From NCBI GenBank assembly GCA_016839705.1, contig JAEOTR010000079.1:32224-96223 (forward strand): a DNA stretch of 64,000 nt, in the 5' to 3' direction. Source of the stretch: Promethearchaeota archaeon. Its GTDB lineage: Archaea; Asgardarchaeota; Lokiarchaeia; Sigyniarchaeales; SOKP01. Every line of letters starts with the position of its first letter. The stretch's first letter is position 1. Positions 19,563 to 29,505 of this stretch are shown here, piece by piece. A model generated the notes under the pieces. That model saw only the letters and a program-made list of their open reading frames with translations. It was not told where the DNA came from and searched no databases. The translations under genes were made by a program, and so were the position numbers.

Positions 19563-20042
19563 TTAGGTATTTTGAGGATCAAGTTTTAAATTCATGTTTG
19601 TTTCATCCAGCTCAAAATTAATTATGAAATTTGACACTATATCGCTTTCAATTTTAAAAACATGCTTACCCTCAACTAAATTTTCTAAAATACTCGCGTT
19701 AAGCTTAAATAATACACTGATGGTATCACCTAATTCTATCATTCTACCACTAAATTTACCTTCAAGAATGTCGTCTAAATCAAATGATTCTCCTTTATGA
19801 TAAATGATAAATTGACTCTTTAAATTTTCAATTTTAATTGATTCTTTTGGAATATTGATTGGATTATCGTCTAAATACAGTGTTGCGTATTCAGATAAAT
19901 CAAAAGTGTTTATATCAATACTGTTTAAATCAAAATCCCCAAGTTCGATATTTTCTGGAACTGAAAAGGGGATTATTAAATTTTTTACCTTTATTTTTAA
20001 GGAATCTGCTTTTCCATCTCCCGTTGTATCTATTGTAAACAC
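19563..20042 (-). CDS. Hypothetical protein (frame stays open about 22 codons upstream; true start may be near 20105)
   Basis: 159-aa ORF; upstream in-frame sequence IPFDLSAFKVLIKRLFPPKES with no stop. Confidence 0.6.
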   Translation of the reverse strand: MFTIDTTGDGKADSLKIKVKNLIIPFSVPENIELGDFDLNSIDINTFDLSEYATLYLDDNPINIPKESIKIENLKSQFIIYHKGESFDLDDILEGKFSGRMIELGDTISVLFKLNASILENLVEGKHVFKIESDIVSNFIINFELDETNMNLKLDPQNT

Positions 20043-20175
20043 GCTTTCTTTAGGAGGAAAAAGCCTTTTAATTAAAACTTTAAAAGCAGATAAATCAAAT
20101 GGAATATTCTATACACCAATTTTTTAAAATTAACTTTTAGAATTTGGGGTACTTTATTAAAGATTTTATTTTAAA

Positions 20176-21198
20176 CTATAGATTAATTTCAGAAATCTTT
20201 ACAGGGCGATTTTCTTTGTATGATCTCTGAACTGCAGTTGCTATTATCGCATTTATTAAACCATCTTCTCCGTTTGGAGAGGGTTCATTATTATAACGTA
20301 AGCTTTCGAAGAACGAATGTAATTCTAATGCATATGATTCCATATATCTCTCTAAGAAGAAGTATGGGATGTTGTCTTCCTTTGTCTTTTCAGCTGTATA
20401 GAGGCGAACAGTATTGGTCGGTTCATTATCCGCAACAGCACATCCTTTCGAGCCAAAAACTTCAACTCTTTGGTCGTATCCATATATAGCTTGACGAGAG
20501 TTATCAATTATACCAATAGCACCATTATCAAGTTTTAAAATAATCGCAGCAGTATCAATATCTCCAATTTTCCCTACTTCAGGATCAACAAGAGCTGCTC
20601 CAGTAGCATATACTTCTTCAACTTCGCTTCCCGTTTGAAAGCGTACCATATCCCAATCGTGTATTGTCATATCAAAAAACATTCCTCCTGAACTTTTTAA
20701 GTACTCAATTGAAGGGAGTGCTGGATCTCGAGCAGTCACTTTAACGATTTGAGGGATTCCGATTTGGCCGGATTTAACAATCTCTCTAACTCTTTTAAAG
20801 TTTTTGTCAAATCGCCTATTAAATCCAATCATAAGTTTGATTCCTTCATTTTTAACAATTTCTAGAGTTTCCTTGATGAGTTTCAAATCTGTATCAATCG
20901 GTTTCTCACTAAAAACATCTTTTTTAAGGTGGGCTGCTTTTTGAATGAACTTAACATGTGTATCTGTAGAGGAAGCAATCACTACAGCATCAATCCCAGG
21001 GTCATTAAAAATATCGTCTGCATCTTGGATGAGTAAAGGAACTCCTACTTTCTTTGCCCATTCTTTCATTTGATCATCGATGTTAATATCAGCAACCATT
21101 TTCAACTTTAATCCGGGTACATTCCGTATAATATTTTCAATGTGTATTTTCCCAATTCTACCGACGCCTATAACCCCAACATTAAATGTAGACTTCAC
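20176..21198 (-). CDS. iolG: Inositol 2-dehydrogenase (Gfo/Idh/MocA)
   Basis: GVGRIG, EKP, GFNRRFD, SGGMFFDMTIHD, YGYDQRVEVFGSKG, FFLERY. Confidence 0.88.
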   Translation of the reverse strand: MKSTFNVGVIGVGRIGKIHIENIIRNVPGLKLKMVADINIDDQMKEWAKKVGVPLLIQDADDIFNDPGIDAVVIASSTDTHVKFIQKAAHLKKDVFSEKPIDTDLKLIKETLEIVKNEGIKLMIGFNRRFDKNFKRVREIVKSGQIGIPQIVKVTARDPALPSIEYLKSSGGMFFDMTIHDWDMVRFQTGSEVEEVYATGAALVDPEVGKIGDIDTAAIILKLDNGAIGIIDNSRQAIYGYDQRVEVFGSKGCAVADNEPTNTVRLYTAEKTKEDNIPYFFLERYMESYALELHSFFESLRYNNEPSPNGEDGLINAIIATAVQRSYKENRPVKISEINL

Positions 21199-21356
21199 AA
21201 TATATCACATACAACGCTTTGTTATCTAATTGGAATATGAAAAATGAAAACTACCTTTAAAATCTATAAATGAGAATTAAAGTTTTAAATTTATGTAAGT
21301 CTAAATTGAATTAATCACATAAAAATTTATTAACAATTAATAAAAGTGTAAGTTTA

Positions 21357-22568
21357 ATGAATGAAACGAATATACAAGTGTATAGCTATAGATGGATTGA
21401 GTTATTACTATTTATGTTTGTGAATATAACATTACAGATGCTCTGGATTAGTTTTGCAGCAGTTACTTTAGAAGCAACAGCCTTTTATAATGTAGATGAG
21501 TTATTAATATTACTTTTATCAATGTCCTTCATGATTGTTTATATTCCAATCACATTTCTAGCATCTTGGTTGATAGATAAATATGATTTTAAAATTGGGG
21601 CAGGAATTGGTGCGTTATTAGCTGCCATATTTGGTTTCTTAAGATTTTTTGCCTTCACCGATTACACTTTAGTATTAGTATTTCAAATTGGAATAGCTAT
21701 TAGTCAACCATTTATTTTAAATAGCATAACAAAATTATCCTCAAACTGGTTTCCAGAATCGGAACGTACTACTGCTACGGGATTATCTCTAATTTCTCAG
21801 TTTTTGGGAATTGCCTTCGGGGTGTTAATAACTCCTATCCTCGTTACAGGAAATGATTTGGGTCTAATGTTATTAATATATGGTATAATAGCAATGATTT
21901 CAGGCATTTTATTCCTGGTGTTTGCTAAAGACAAACCCCCTACTCCACCATCAAAAGTAGCTACAAGTGAAAAAGTATTCATGTCTGAGGGGCTTAAACA
22001 ACTATTTACCAATAGACAATTCTTGATTTTAGTAATGATATTTTTCATCGGATTAGGCACATTTAATATGATTACCTCCTATATCGAATTAATAGTTATT
22101 CCTAGAGGTTATGGAGCAGAAGAAGCTGGGATTCTTGGAGGGATAATGTTGTTTGGCGGAATCATTGGTGCGATTGTAATGTCTGCTCTATCTGATAAAT
22201 TCAAAAAACGGAAAATCTTGATACTTATTTCTGTTTTAATTGCCGCTATTTCTCTATTTGTTCTGTCTTTTACTAATGATATTACTTTATTATATGTTTC
22301 TAGCTTTTTACTAGGATTTGGAATTCTGTCTGCGGGACCTGTTGCTCTTGAATTCGCTGTAGAAAAGACACGACCTGTTCCAGAATCGTCTTCAAATGGC
22401 ATCTTAATGATGATAGGACAAGTTGGTGGTATTCTGTTTATTCTTGGACTGGTAGATTTCACCCTTAATGGAGATTATCTCCCTGCATTACTTCTGCTGG
22501 CAAGCTTAACGGTTTTGATATTCATTTTAGGATTTTTCTTAAAAGACACAAAACATGAAATTGATTGA
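21357..22568 (+). CDS. MFS transporter (resembles FLVCR/SLC49-type)
   Basis: About 12 TM segments; YRW, WISFA, WFPESERTTATG, LSDKFKKRK. Confidence 0.88.
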   Translation: MNETNIQVYSYRWIELLLFMFVNITLQMLWISFAAVTLEATAFYNVDELLILLLSMSFMIVYIPITFLASWLIDKYDFKIGAGIGALLAAIFGFLRFFAFTDYTLVLVFQIGIAISQPFILNSITKLSSNWFPESERTTATGLSLISQFLGIAFGVLITPILVTGNDLGLMLLIYGIIAMISGILFLVFAKDKPPTPPSKVATSEKVFMSEGLKQLFTNRQFLILVMIFFIGLGTFNMITSYIELIVIPRGYGAEEAGILGGIMLFGGIIGAIVMSALSDKFKKRKILILISVLIAAISLFVLSFTNDITLLYVSSFLLGFGILSAGPVALEFAVEKTRPVPESSSNGILMMIGQVGGILFILGLVDFTLNGDYLPALLLLASLTVLIFILGFFLKDTKHEID

Positions 22569-22671
22569 TTAATCTTTTCTTTATTTTTTTTATTTCTTTT
22601 ATTCAAACAAAACTTTTTATATCATTTTAGTCTATTTTTTGTTATTCCTTACTTATTGGAGATTTAAGCAA

Positions 22672-23340
22672 ATGAACGAAGACAGTAAAAATGGATTTGA
22701 GAATGAAGAAGAGGATCTTGAAATAAAAGAAGTTGAATTTGATAAAGAGACAGAAAATAAGAAGCAAGAAATTGCTACTAAAAAAAAATTAGCTTTTTTA
22801 TTAGACCAATCAAAAGATTCGGTGGAAGAAAGTAATGAATGGGGTACTTTTAGAATAAGATCAACTAATTCTACCGAAATTTTAGAAAATGAATCATTTT
22901 ACAGAACTCCTCTAACAAATGTGATTGAAAATGAGACCGAATATTTTTTTCTTGTAGAATTACCTGGATTGGATAAACGACATGTAAATATTACTCTTCA
23001 GGAAGATATATTAGAAGTGTTAGGTGAAAAAACGCTAAAACATGTAGAAGAAAAAGAAGAGAAAAAAAAGAAAGAAAAAAAGGAAGATAAAGAAAAAAAA
23101 GATGAGAAGAAAGATAAGCATAAAGATAAAAAAGACAAGAAAAAAGAGAAACACAAAGATCTCAAAGGAGATTTTTTAAGAAGAGAATTTAGGTCATCCA
23201 GCTTCTATAGAAGCTTTGTCCTCCCTGAAGAGATAAATTCAGAAGGTATCGATGCAAGTTTTAAAAATGGCATTCTAAGATTAAGAATACCCAAAAAGAT
23301 TACTGAAATTGGGGATAAAAAGACAATTGAAATAAAATAA
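22672..23340 (+). CDS. Hsp20/alpha-crystallin family protein with a K/E/D-rich insertion
   Basis: VELPGLDK...FYRSFVLPEEI...ASFKNGILRLRIPK; ATG at 22672. Confidence 0.88.
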   Translation: MNEDSKNGFENEEEDLEIKEVEFDKETENKKQEIATKKKLAFLLDQSKDSVEESNEWGTFRIRSTNSTEILENESFYRTPLTNVIENETEYFFLVELPGLDKRHVNITLQEDILEVLGEKTLKHVEEKEEKKKKEKKEDKEKKDEKKDKHKDKKDKKKEKHKDLKGDFLRREFRSSSFYRSFVLPEEINSEGIDASFKNGILRLRIPKKITEIGDKKTIEIK

Positions 23341-23391
23341 AATTCATTTTCTATCTCATTTTTTTTTAAAAAAAGGGAAAAAACTAAATTT

Positions 23392-23889
23392 TTAGATTTT
23401 CGCACCACAATAGGCACAATATTGCGCAGACTCCTTAGTTTTGGGAGTACCACAATTTGCACAAAACTTTGCTTGCTCTCCCGAAGTTACTTCTTTTTCT
23501 GGGTGTAAAAGATGTTTCATTTGGCCTGTTTGTGAGCTAAATTTTGCTCGAAGTTGACCTGATGCTTTAAGATCCAGTACTATTGCGTGAATATCTTTTA
23601 TCGTAATTCCTGTACTCTTGCTGACCTCTTCTACTGTAGCCTCTGGATTCTCATTAAATTCAGTTAGTACAACATTTCTTAGTTTACTTCTGTTTGTCAA
23701 CGCGAAAATTTGTCCGATTAAAATTGCTAAGCCGATTCCCGTTGATACAAAACCCCACCACTCCCAGCCTCTGCCCCAGTTTATAAATCGTTCAATCCCC
23801 CACCATAGAAACGCCCCAGCAATAATTAGGGTGCATATTGAGAACCCATCTGAATATTGGTTTTTCTCATATTTCATTTTTTTTTTCAC
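23392..23889 (-). CDS. Membrane protein with 2 TM, an HTH-like segment and a C-terminal double zinc ribbon
   Basis: Two hydrophobic helices; FCANCG...YCAYCG. Confidence 0.75.
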   Translation of the reverse strand: MKKKMKYEKNQYSDGFSICTLIIAGAFLWWGIERFINWGRGWEWWGFVSTGIGLAILIGQIFALTNRSKLRNVVLTEFNENPEATVEEVSKSTGITIKDIHAIVLDLKASGQLRAKFSSQTGQMKHLLHPEKEVTSGEQAKFCANCGTPKTKESAQYCAYCGAKI

Positions 23890-24033
23890 TTATTTTTCTG
23901 TTTCTGAATTATTAAGATTTAATTCTGTTAAGTAATTTACTTGCTATTATAAATTTTACTCTAGGAATCTCTTTCAAATGAAGAAAACAATGGTAAATTT
24001 TTTAGATTTACCAGATGGAACTCCTTTACTGAT

Positions 24034-24387
24034 TTAATTAGTAATTATACATTTGTTTATTATATCAAAAATAGATGAAAAATCAATTTGATCTTCCATA
24101 AGAAGTATAATAATCTTATTTAAGATTTTTAGTGAAAGCACGTAGAAGTTATCTGAGTGAATTACTGTGAAGTCAGGAGAGTGTACACCAATATCAGAAG
24201 TGATTTCCTCAGCTAATTCATATAATTGAGACACATTTAACCCTATTGACGTTTTATTGAATTCTTGGTTAATATATGACTTTATAACTGCACCATTTTC
24301 AGAGGTTATTAGTATGAAATATAGTCCAGAACCTAGTTCTTTTACTAAAGTATCCAATACTAAATCAACTTCTAGAGTTGCAGTCAT
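24034..24387 (-). CDS. Roadblock/LC7-like protein
   Basis: FILITSENGAVIKS beta-hairpin, long helix, three strands; about 117 aa from ATG at 24387. Confidence 0.6.
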   Translation of the reverse strand: MTATLEVDLVLDTLVKELGSGLYFILITSENGAVIKSYINQEFNKTSIGLNVSQLYELAEEITSDIGVHSPDFTVIHSDNFYVLSLKILNKIIILLMEDQIDFSSIFDIINKCIITN

Positions 24388-24543
24388 TGTGATATAATTT
24401 ATTAGTCTGTTTATATATAATTTGTGGTGAAAATTATTATTTCGATACAATTTCTCAAACATAAATCATCTTTCTAAATTTAAAAATGTTGATTAGATTT
24501 TGTTTGAGTATGATTAATTCTATAAAATACTGTAGAAAATACT

Positions 24544-25017
24544 TTAAATCTCAAAATATTGGTCTATAACAGTGTCAAAACTGTGAAAAGGTGAAACATC
24601 TCCTTTAAAATTAGTGATATAAGGATAATAATATTTTTCTATAAATTTGTCTACTACTATATGAATGTACTTATCGAAATTTTCCGTGAGTTTATCTCTT
24701 TCAATAAAATACGCAAAAATGACATTATTCTTGATATTAACATAAAAATGATGACTTCCCAAATTGATATCTTCGAGCCTTAATTCAGGATCCTCACCAC
24801 TGATAAAATCCTTCGAATAGATTAATATCGCTGAAATAAAACCAGCAATTTGAAATATGTTTTTAGATATCTTTTTTCTATTTTTATTCACTTTAGAGAA
24901 GTATAATAGTCCTGTTTTATCTAAAGCAAGAAAGCATACTAAACCTTTTGCTCGAGGAAATTGAATTGATTTAATATAAATTCTTTTTTTTACATATAGA
25001 TACGAGATAATGGACAA
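24544..25017 (-). CDS. Longin-like domain protein (Asgard type)
   Basis: FLALDKTGLLYFSK, IAGFISAILIYSKD, KFIEKY...FKGDVSPFHSF. Confidence 0.7.
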   Translation of the reverse strand: MSIISYLYVKKRIYIKSIQFPRAKGLVCFLALDKTGLLYFSKVNKNRKKISKNIFQIAGFISAILIYSKDFISGEDPELRLEDINLGSHHFYVNIKNNVIFAYFIERDKLTENFDKYIHIVVDKFIEKYYYPYITNFKGDVSPFHSFDTVIDQYFEI

Positions 25018-25051
25018 AAAATCTTTTTATAAAATAATATTTTTAAAATAA

Positions 25052-25441
25052 TATTTAGATATCCCGGAGAGACGAGACTTCAATGTAGATAGAATTAGAC
25101 TCCAGCAAGTAATTACTAATATCTTATCTAATGCTATTAAGAATACGCCTTTAAATGGGATTATTTACCTTAGGTTAATTAATAAACCTGAATATGTCGA
25201 TATTATTATAAGAGATACTGGAGTGGGGATAACACCAAAAGAAAAAGAATTATTATTTGAGAAATTTGGCAAAATTGAAAGATATGCTATGGATTTAGGT
25301 GTAGACATCGAAGGTTCTGGTCTGGGTCTATACATATCAAAGGAAATTGTAGAATTACACGGTGGTCAAATACTAGTAGAGTCTGAAGGAAGAAATAGAG
25401 GATCCCGGTTTATCATTCGATTAAGTAAACCTCAGTTTTGA
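25052..25441 (+). pseudogene. Histidine-kinase HATPase_c fragment lacking HisKA/sensor domains
   Basis: Frame open from 25052 after a TAA: DRIRLQQVITNILSNAIK (N box), DTGVGI (G1), GSGLGL (G2). No ATG/GTG/TTG before the N box. Confidence 0.72.
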
Positions 25442-25449
25442 ATAAAAAG

Positions 25450-25583
25450 TGGGCCAGGCAGGATTCGAACCTGCGACATCCCAAAACGAAGTTCGCCGAA
25501 AAACGCCGAATTTGTCCGAAGCCGGGCACCCTTGCTGGTGTTTTCCATATTGGAAATAAAAATCCAGGCTAGATTACAGGCCC
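25450..25583 (-). tRNA. tRNA-Arg(TCG) with two non-canonical introns
   Basis: Removing 25533-25561 (D-loop; BHB helix CTGG/CCAG) and 25484-25513 (about 39/40; weaker BHB) gives a 75-nt cloverleaf with CCCGG-CTTCGGA-CTGGG and GCAGG-TTCGAAT-CCTGC; one T-T mismatch in the acceptor stem. Confidence 0.8.
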
Positions 25584-25752
25584 ATAGTTGGTCTAAATGT
25601 GATATTTTCTTAAATTTAATTCTTAAAAATTAAAATCATCTAACTTATAATATTTTCATCTATTATTTCAAAAAAACATTTGCTTGTATTCTTCAAAATT
25701 TAATTCAATAGAATTGATATCGATCTCATGATCAAGAAAATATAATTTAGAA

Positions 25753-25859
25753 TGGCGCGGCTAGCGGGATTTTCTAAAAAGCTCGAAGGGAACTTTCTTT
25801 TGAACCCGCGTCGCAGGAGTGACAGTCCCGAATGCTAGACCGGGCTACACTATAGCCGC
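25753..25859 (-). tRNA. tRNA-Asp(GTC) with a 29-nt intron at 59/60, CCA encoded
   Basis: GCGGCTA/TAGCCGC acceptor; CGGGA-CTGTCAC-TCCTG; removing 25770-25798 restores GCGGG-TTCAAAT-CCCGC. Confidence 0.92.
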
Positions 25860-26031
25860 ATTTTCAGATTTTTTTTTAAAAATCTAGAGTACTAAATCAA
25901 TAAAAATATAAAAATTTTCCGTTTAGAAGGCAATTAGACTTCGAAAAGACTAATAGAAACATTTATATTAATAAAAAGTAATGTAGATTATAAGGAGTAT
26001 AGAGGTATAACAATATATTTTATTCGGTATT

Positions 26032-26469
26032 TTGCCACAAGTATATATGCTCAATTCAAAAAGTTTCAGCTCAGTTGTACACGAATTAGAAAACAACGAT
26101 GAAGAGTTTGTTACCACAATAGATAGAGTTATTAGTTTTGCGGTAAATATTATTAGGAATACTGAAGAACTTAGAGAAGAAATTCGAGATTATAATGATT
26201 TATATCAAATTCTATTGACTGATATAAATTTTAATTTTTGGTTAAAAGTATCCAATGGTTCTATAATATACAAAAAAGGGATTAACAGAAGTGCGACATT
26301 TAGAGTTACATATGCAAAGGATATTTTCATTAAAATTCTTAAACGCGATATAGCAGGAACGGATGCATATATGAAAGGTCAAATTAAAGTGGATGGTAAT
26401 CTGAGTGATGGTTTAAGATTCATTAAAATTTTTAGGTTGTTTATAAAATATATTGAGAATATAATGTAG
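26032..26469 (+). CDS. SCP2 sterol/lipid-binding domain protein
   Basis: FWLKVSNG...DAYMKGQIKVDGNL. Confidence 0.85.
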   Translation: MPQVYMLNSKSFSSVVHELENNDEEFVTTIDRVISFAVNIIRNTEELREEIRDYNDLYQILLTDINFNFWLKVSNGSIIYKKGINRSATFRVTYAKDIFIKILKRDIAGTDAYMKGQIKVDGNLSDGLRFIKIFRLFIKYIENIM

Positions 26470-26679
26470 AAGAGATAATTTTCTTTTCATACTTTGAAAG
26501 TTTTGAATTTGAACCTGGGTTTTTCAAAAATTTTATTAGTTGTCTCTGGATTCATAGATCTTCTATCAAAAGCGACACAAATAAAACCTTTTTATACTAC
26601 TAAATCCTTTTAATATTGTTATTTTAAAGAATATTCATCTATAATTCTCAAGATAATAGAGAAAAATTATACAAAAAGG

Positions 26680-27126
26680 TTGAAAATAAAAATGGTTGAT
26701 GAATCATTATTAAAGGAAATTAAAGCCGCTCAAGATGCGGGAGCTTCAGCTGCTTCAGCTGATGACGTGAAGAAATCCCTAGCTTTTATTAAACAAGTTT
26801 CTGTAGAAAACGAAGATCTTAAGGAAGAACTCGAAGATATGGATATTGCAATACAGTTAGTTTTTTCTGATGTTGACATAAAGTTCTGGTTGACAGTAAA
26901 AGAAGGAGATTTAGATTTTGGGGAAGGTGATGTTGATAATCCCTCATTCACGCTGACCTCCACCCTGGAAGTTGGAGCGGGAATTGTTATGGGTGAGGTT
27001 GATGCGACTTCCGCTTACATGGCTGGTGATATTACCGTTGAGGGCAATCTTCAGGATGCAATGGCCTTTCAAGAGATAATTGAACTCGCTCTCGAAGCTT
27101 TCGAAGATCTTGTTGAAGATTTATAA
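26680..27126 (+). CDS. SCP2 sterol/lipid-binding domain protein (acidic)
   Basis: FWLTVKEG...DATSAYMAGDITVEGNLQDAM. Confidence 0.9.
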   Translation: MKIKMVDESLLKEIKAAQDAGASAASADDVKKSLAFIKQVSVENEDLKEELEDMDIAIQLVFSDVDIKFWLTVKEGDLDFGEGDVDNPSFTLTSTLEVGAGIVMGEVDATSAYMAGDITVEGNLQDAMAFQEIIELALEAFEDLVEDL

Positions 27127-27433
27127 AAAAACAATAATTTAAAACAACCTAAACGGCTTTTAAAGAAGCCCCTTCTTTTTTATTTATAAATTACTTTTTT
27201 CTTTTTTTAGTAAATTAACACTAAATAAAATGGTTTTATTTTATTTTTATAACGGGAAGTATCAAATTATAAAAAAAGACAATTTTCTTTCACATAGTAT
27301 TATTTTTATATTATTTAGCTTTATTACCCAATTCAGAAAAATATTGGGTGATAAAGCAAAAAATTAAATCCTTGAATTATCATGAATCTTTTAAAGAAGA
27401 TATCTTGACAAAATTAGGAGTTATATCTGAGAG

Positions 27434-28051
27434 ATGAGTATGGATCAATTGTTAGAAGCAACGAGTAATCTCATTGAACAACAATTCAAGATTCCAGGTA
27501 GAGACATTATCATTGGTAGAACTCCAGAAGTTTCTGTAAAGATAAGCAAATCTGGTCAAATTGTAAAAAAATTTAAGGATCTATTCAATTCCAATTTACA
27601 TTTATTTATTGAAGGTAAATATCTGCAATTTCTAAATTTATTTAAAAAAATCAAGGGGATAGATGAGAATCATATTAACGAAATCTATCAAGACCTTGAG
27701 CTTAAGTTTGAAAATTTAAAAGATACTGACAACATAAATATTGTTGTTCTGTACGCGATGGTATTGAATTCTCTTATTTCAAGTATAAGAGATCTCAATT
27801 TTGCTGAAACAATAAGGGAAATAAAAAAACGTGTAAAAAATAGGATTTCTGCTAACGAAACCCAAATTCAGAAGGAATTGGATAAACTCTTTATGATGAA
27901 CGATGGTAATGTGTCGATTTTATATAATATATCTTATTTAGATACCTTAGCAGAATCCTTTAACTATAATAAGGTTGCTCACACTTGTAAGATTCAGGAG
28001 AGTAAATTTATTAACCGAATTGTAAACCTAATTATTTCTCCAAATAATTAA
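27434..28051 (+). CDS. Hypothetical helical protein
   Basis: 205-aa ORF, no recognised motif. Confidence 0.65.
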   Translation: MSMDQLLEATSNLIEQQFKIPGRDIIIGRTPEVSVKISKSGQIVKKFKDLFNSNLHLFIEGKYLQFLNLFKKIKGIDENHINEIYQDLELKFENLKDTDNINIVVLYAMVLNSLISSIRDLNFAETIREIKKRVKNRISANETQIQKELDKLFMMNDGNVSILYNISYLDTLAESFNYNKVAHTCKIQESKFINRIVNLIISPNN

Positions 28052-28069
28052 ATGATTCTTCCACAATTA

Positions 28070-28840
28070 CTATTTCTCAAGAAATTCCTGACTTAGAATA
28101 TGTGCAAGAACATCTAAAACAATTCCCCTGAACTTATTATCCTGAATTCTAATTCTATCTGAAAATTCAATTTGTATTGCTTGACTTCTTGGAATTTGAG
28201 AAGCACCATATTCTTTTGTTATATAACCACCAGTTAATACGTATTCTTTTCTCTTGGGATGACCTGGAGCAATAGGTATTTCCAAATCAAGAAAATTTTG
28301 GATTATTTTCCCACGTATGTTATTTCCTAGATCTTTTCTAGGTATTGGCTCAGGGAAGAATGATTCTAAATTATTCGTTCCTAAAATGATATCTACATCT
28401 CTAAAACCTGGTGGACGTTTATTTTTTTCAAAACCATGGATATCAATCAGTAGAGAACAATTAAACAGTTTTAAATTATCCATTACATAATCTTTAATTT
28501 TATCATGATAAATCTTGTAGATCCTTTTAGCGATACTAGAACTCTGAATAAATGCTTCCTTTTCCTCTCGATTCATATCGATTTTACTACGACGAACCTT
28601 AGAAATTACATATGAAGGGATTTTATATTCTAAACCATGTTCCTTATATTTTGATTTAATACTTTCAATTAACATTTTAGCAATCTCAATAGTCCTACCA
28701 TCAATTCCTAAAATACCTTGCGATCTTTTTGGGATTTTCTCACATTCTAAAGTTCCACCATGCGGCACAGAGATGATTAAGGGTAACGTACCTTTTTGAA
28801 ATTCCACACAATCTTTCAGATTTACCATTTCATTAAACAT
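28070..28840 (-). CDS. N-formylglutamate amidohydrolase-like protein
   Basis: IISVPHGG, RSKIDMNR, YH, LIDIHG, GGYIT, IQIE. Confidence 0.8.
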   Translation of the reverse strand: MFNEMVNLKDCVEFQKGTLPLIISVPHGGTLECEKIPKRSQGILGIDGRTIEIAKMLIESIKSKYKEHGLEYKIPSYVISKVRRSKIDMNREEKEAFIQSSSIAKRIYKIYHDKIKDYVMDNLKLFNCSLLIDIHGFEKNKRPPGFRDVDIILGTNNLESFFPEPIPRKDLGNNIRGKIIQNFLDLEIPIAPGHPKRKEYVLTGGYITKEYGASQIPRSQAIQIEFSDRIRIQDNKFRGIVLDVLAHILSQEFLEK

Positions 28841-28926
28841 TAATAATATAAAAAGATAATTAAGATTTTTTTAAATGATCGGGGAGATATGAGAAATAAG
28901 AAAATGGAAATATAGAATAGTGGAAA

Positions 28927-29382
28927 TTAAAATTCAAGAACCAAATAGATTACAAAGAATACCACGAACAAAAGAGCATTGGAGAGAAAAAACAGTAGAA
29001 ATTCATATTTCCTCACTTTTTCATATAAAAGATAACCAAAACCCCAAATTATTAGAGCACTAATACTACCTAGAACTATATCAGCAATGGCATTTATTAT
29101 ACTATCTGCTTGATTCATATGTTTTAAACCCCATTGTAATATAAGAGTATTTTCTACAATCTCCCAAATTACCGCAAATATAACTGTACCAACAAAAAAC
29201 CACATCCAATGAGATTTTTGGATCTTAAAATGATTAGGATCAAAAAGATTTCTTATCGTTGAAACTAATGAGAGAAACGAGAAAACGGCGACTCCCATCG
29301 CTAAATGACCAAAACTAAAGAAATCAAACACAGATTGACCGACCTCACTTGGTAAAATTGCCCATAACCAATTAAATATCAT
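28927..29382 (-). CDS. Hypothetical membrane protein
   Basis: DFFSFGH...WEIVEN...DSIINAIAD intramembrane metal-site-like pattern. Confidence 0.7.
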   Translation of the reverse strand: MIFNWLWAILPSEVGQSVFDFFSFGHLAMGVAVFSFLSLVSTIRNLFDPNHFKIQKSHWMWFFVGTVIFAVIWEIVENTLILQWGLKHMNQADSIINAIADIVLGSISALIIWGFGYLLYEKVRKYEFLLFFLSNALLFVVFFVIYLVLEF

Positions 29383-29505
29383 TATAATATCAAATAATAT
29401 CCTTTTTTTATTGTTATAGAATAACTAACTATAGATTTAGTTTAAAAAATATTGTAATATATTATATCTAATCATTCATCGCATAATATTTAGGTTAGCC
29501 TTTAC

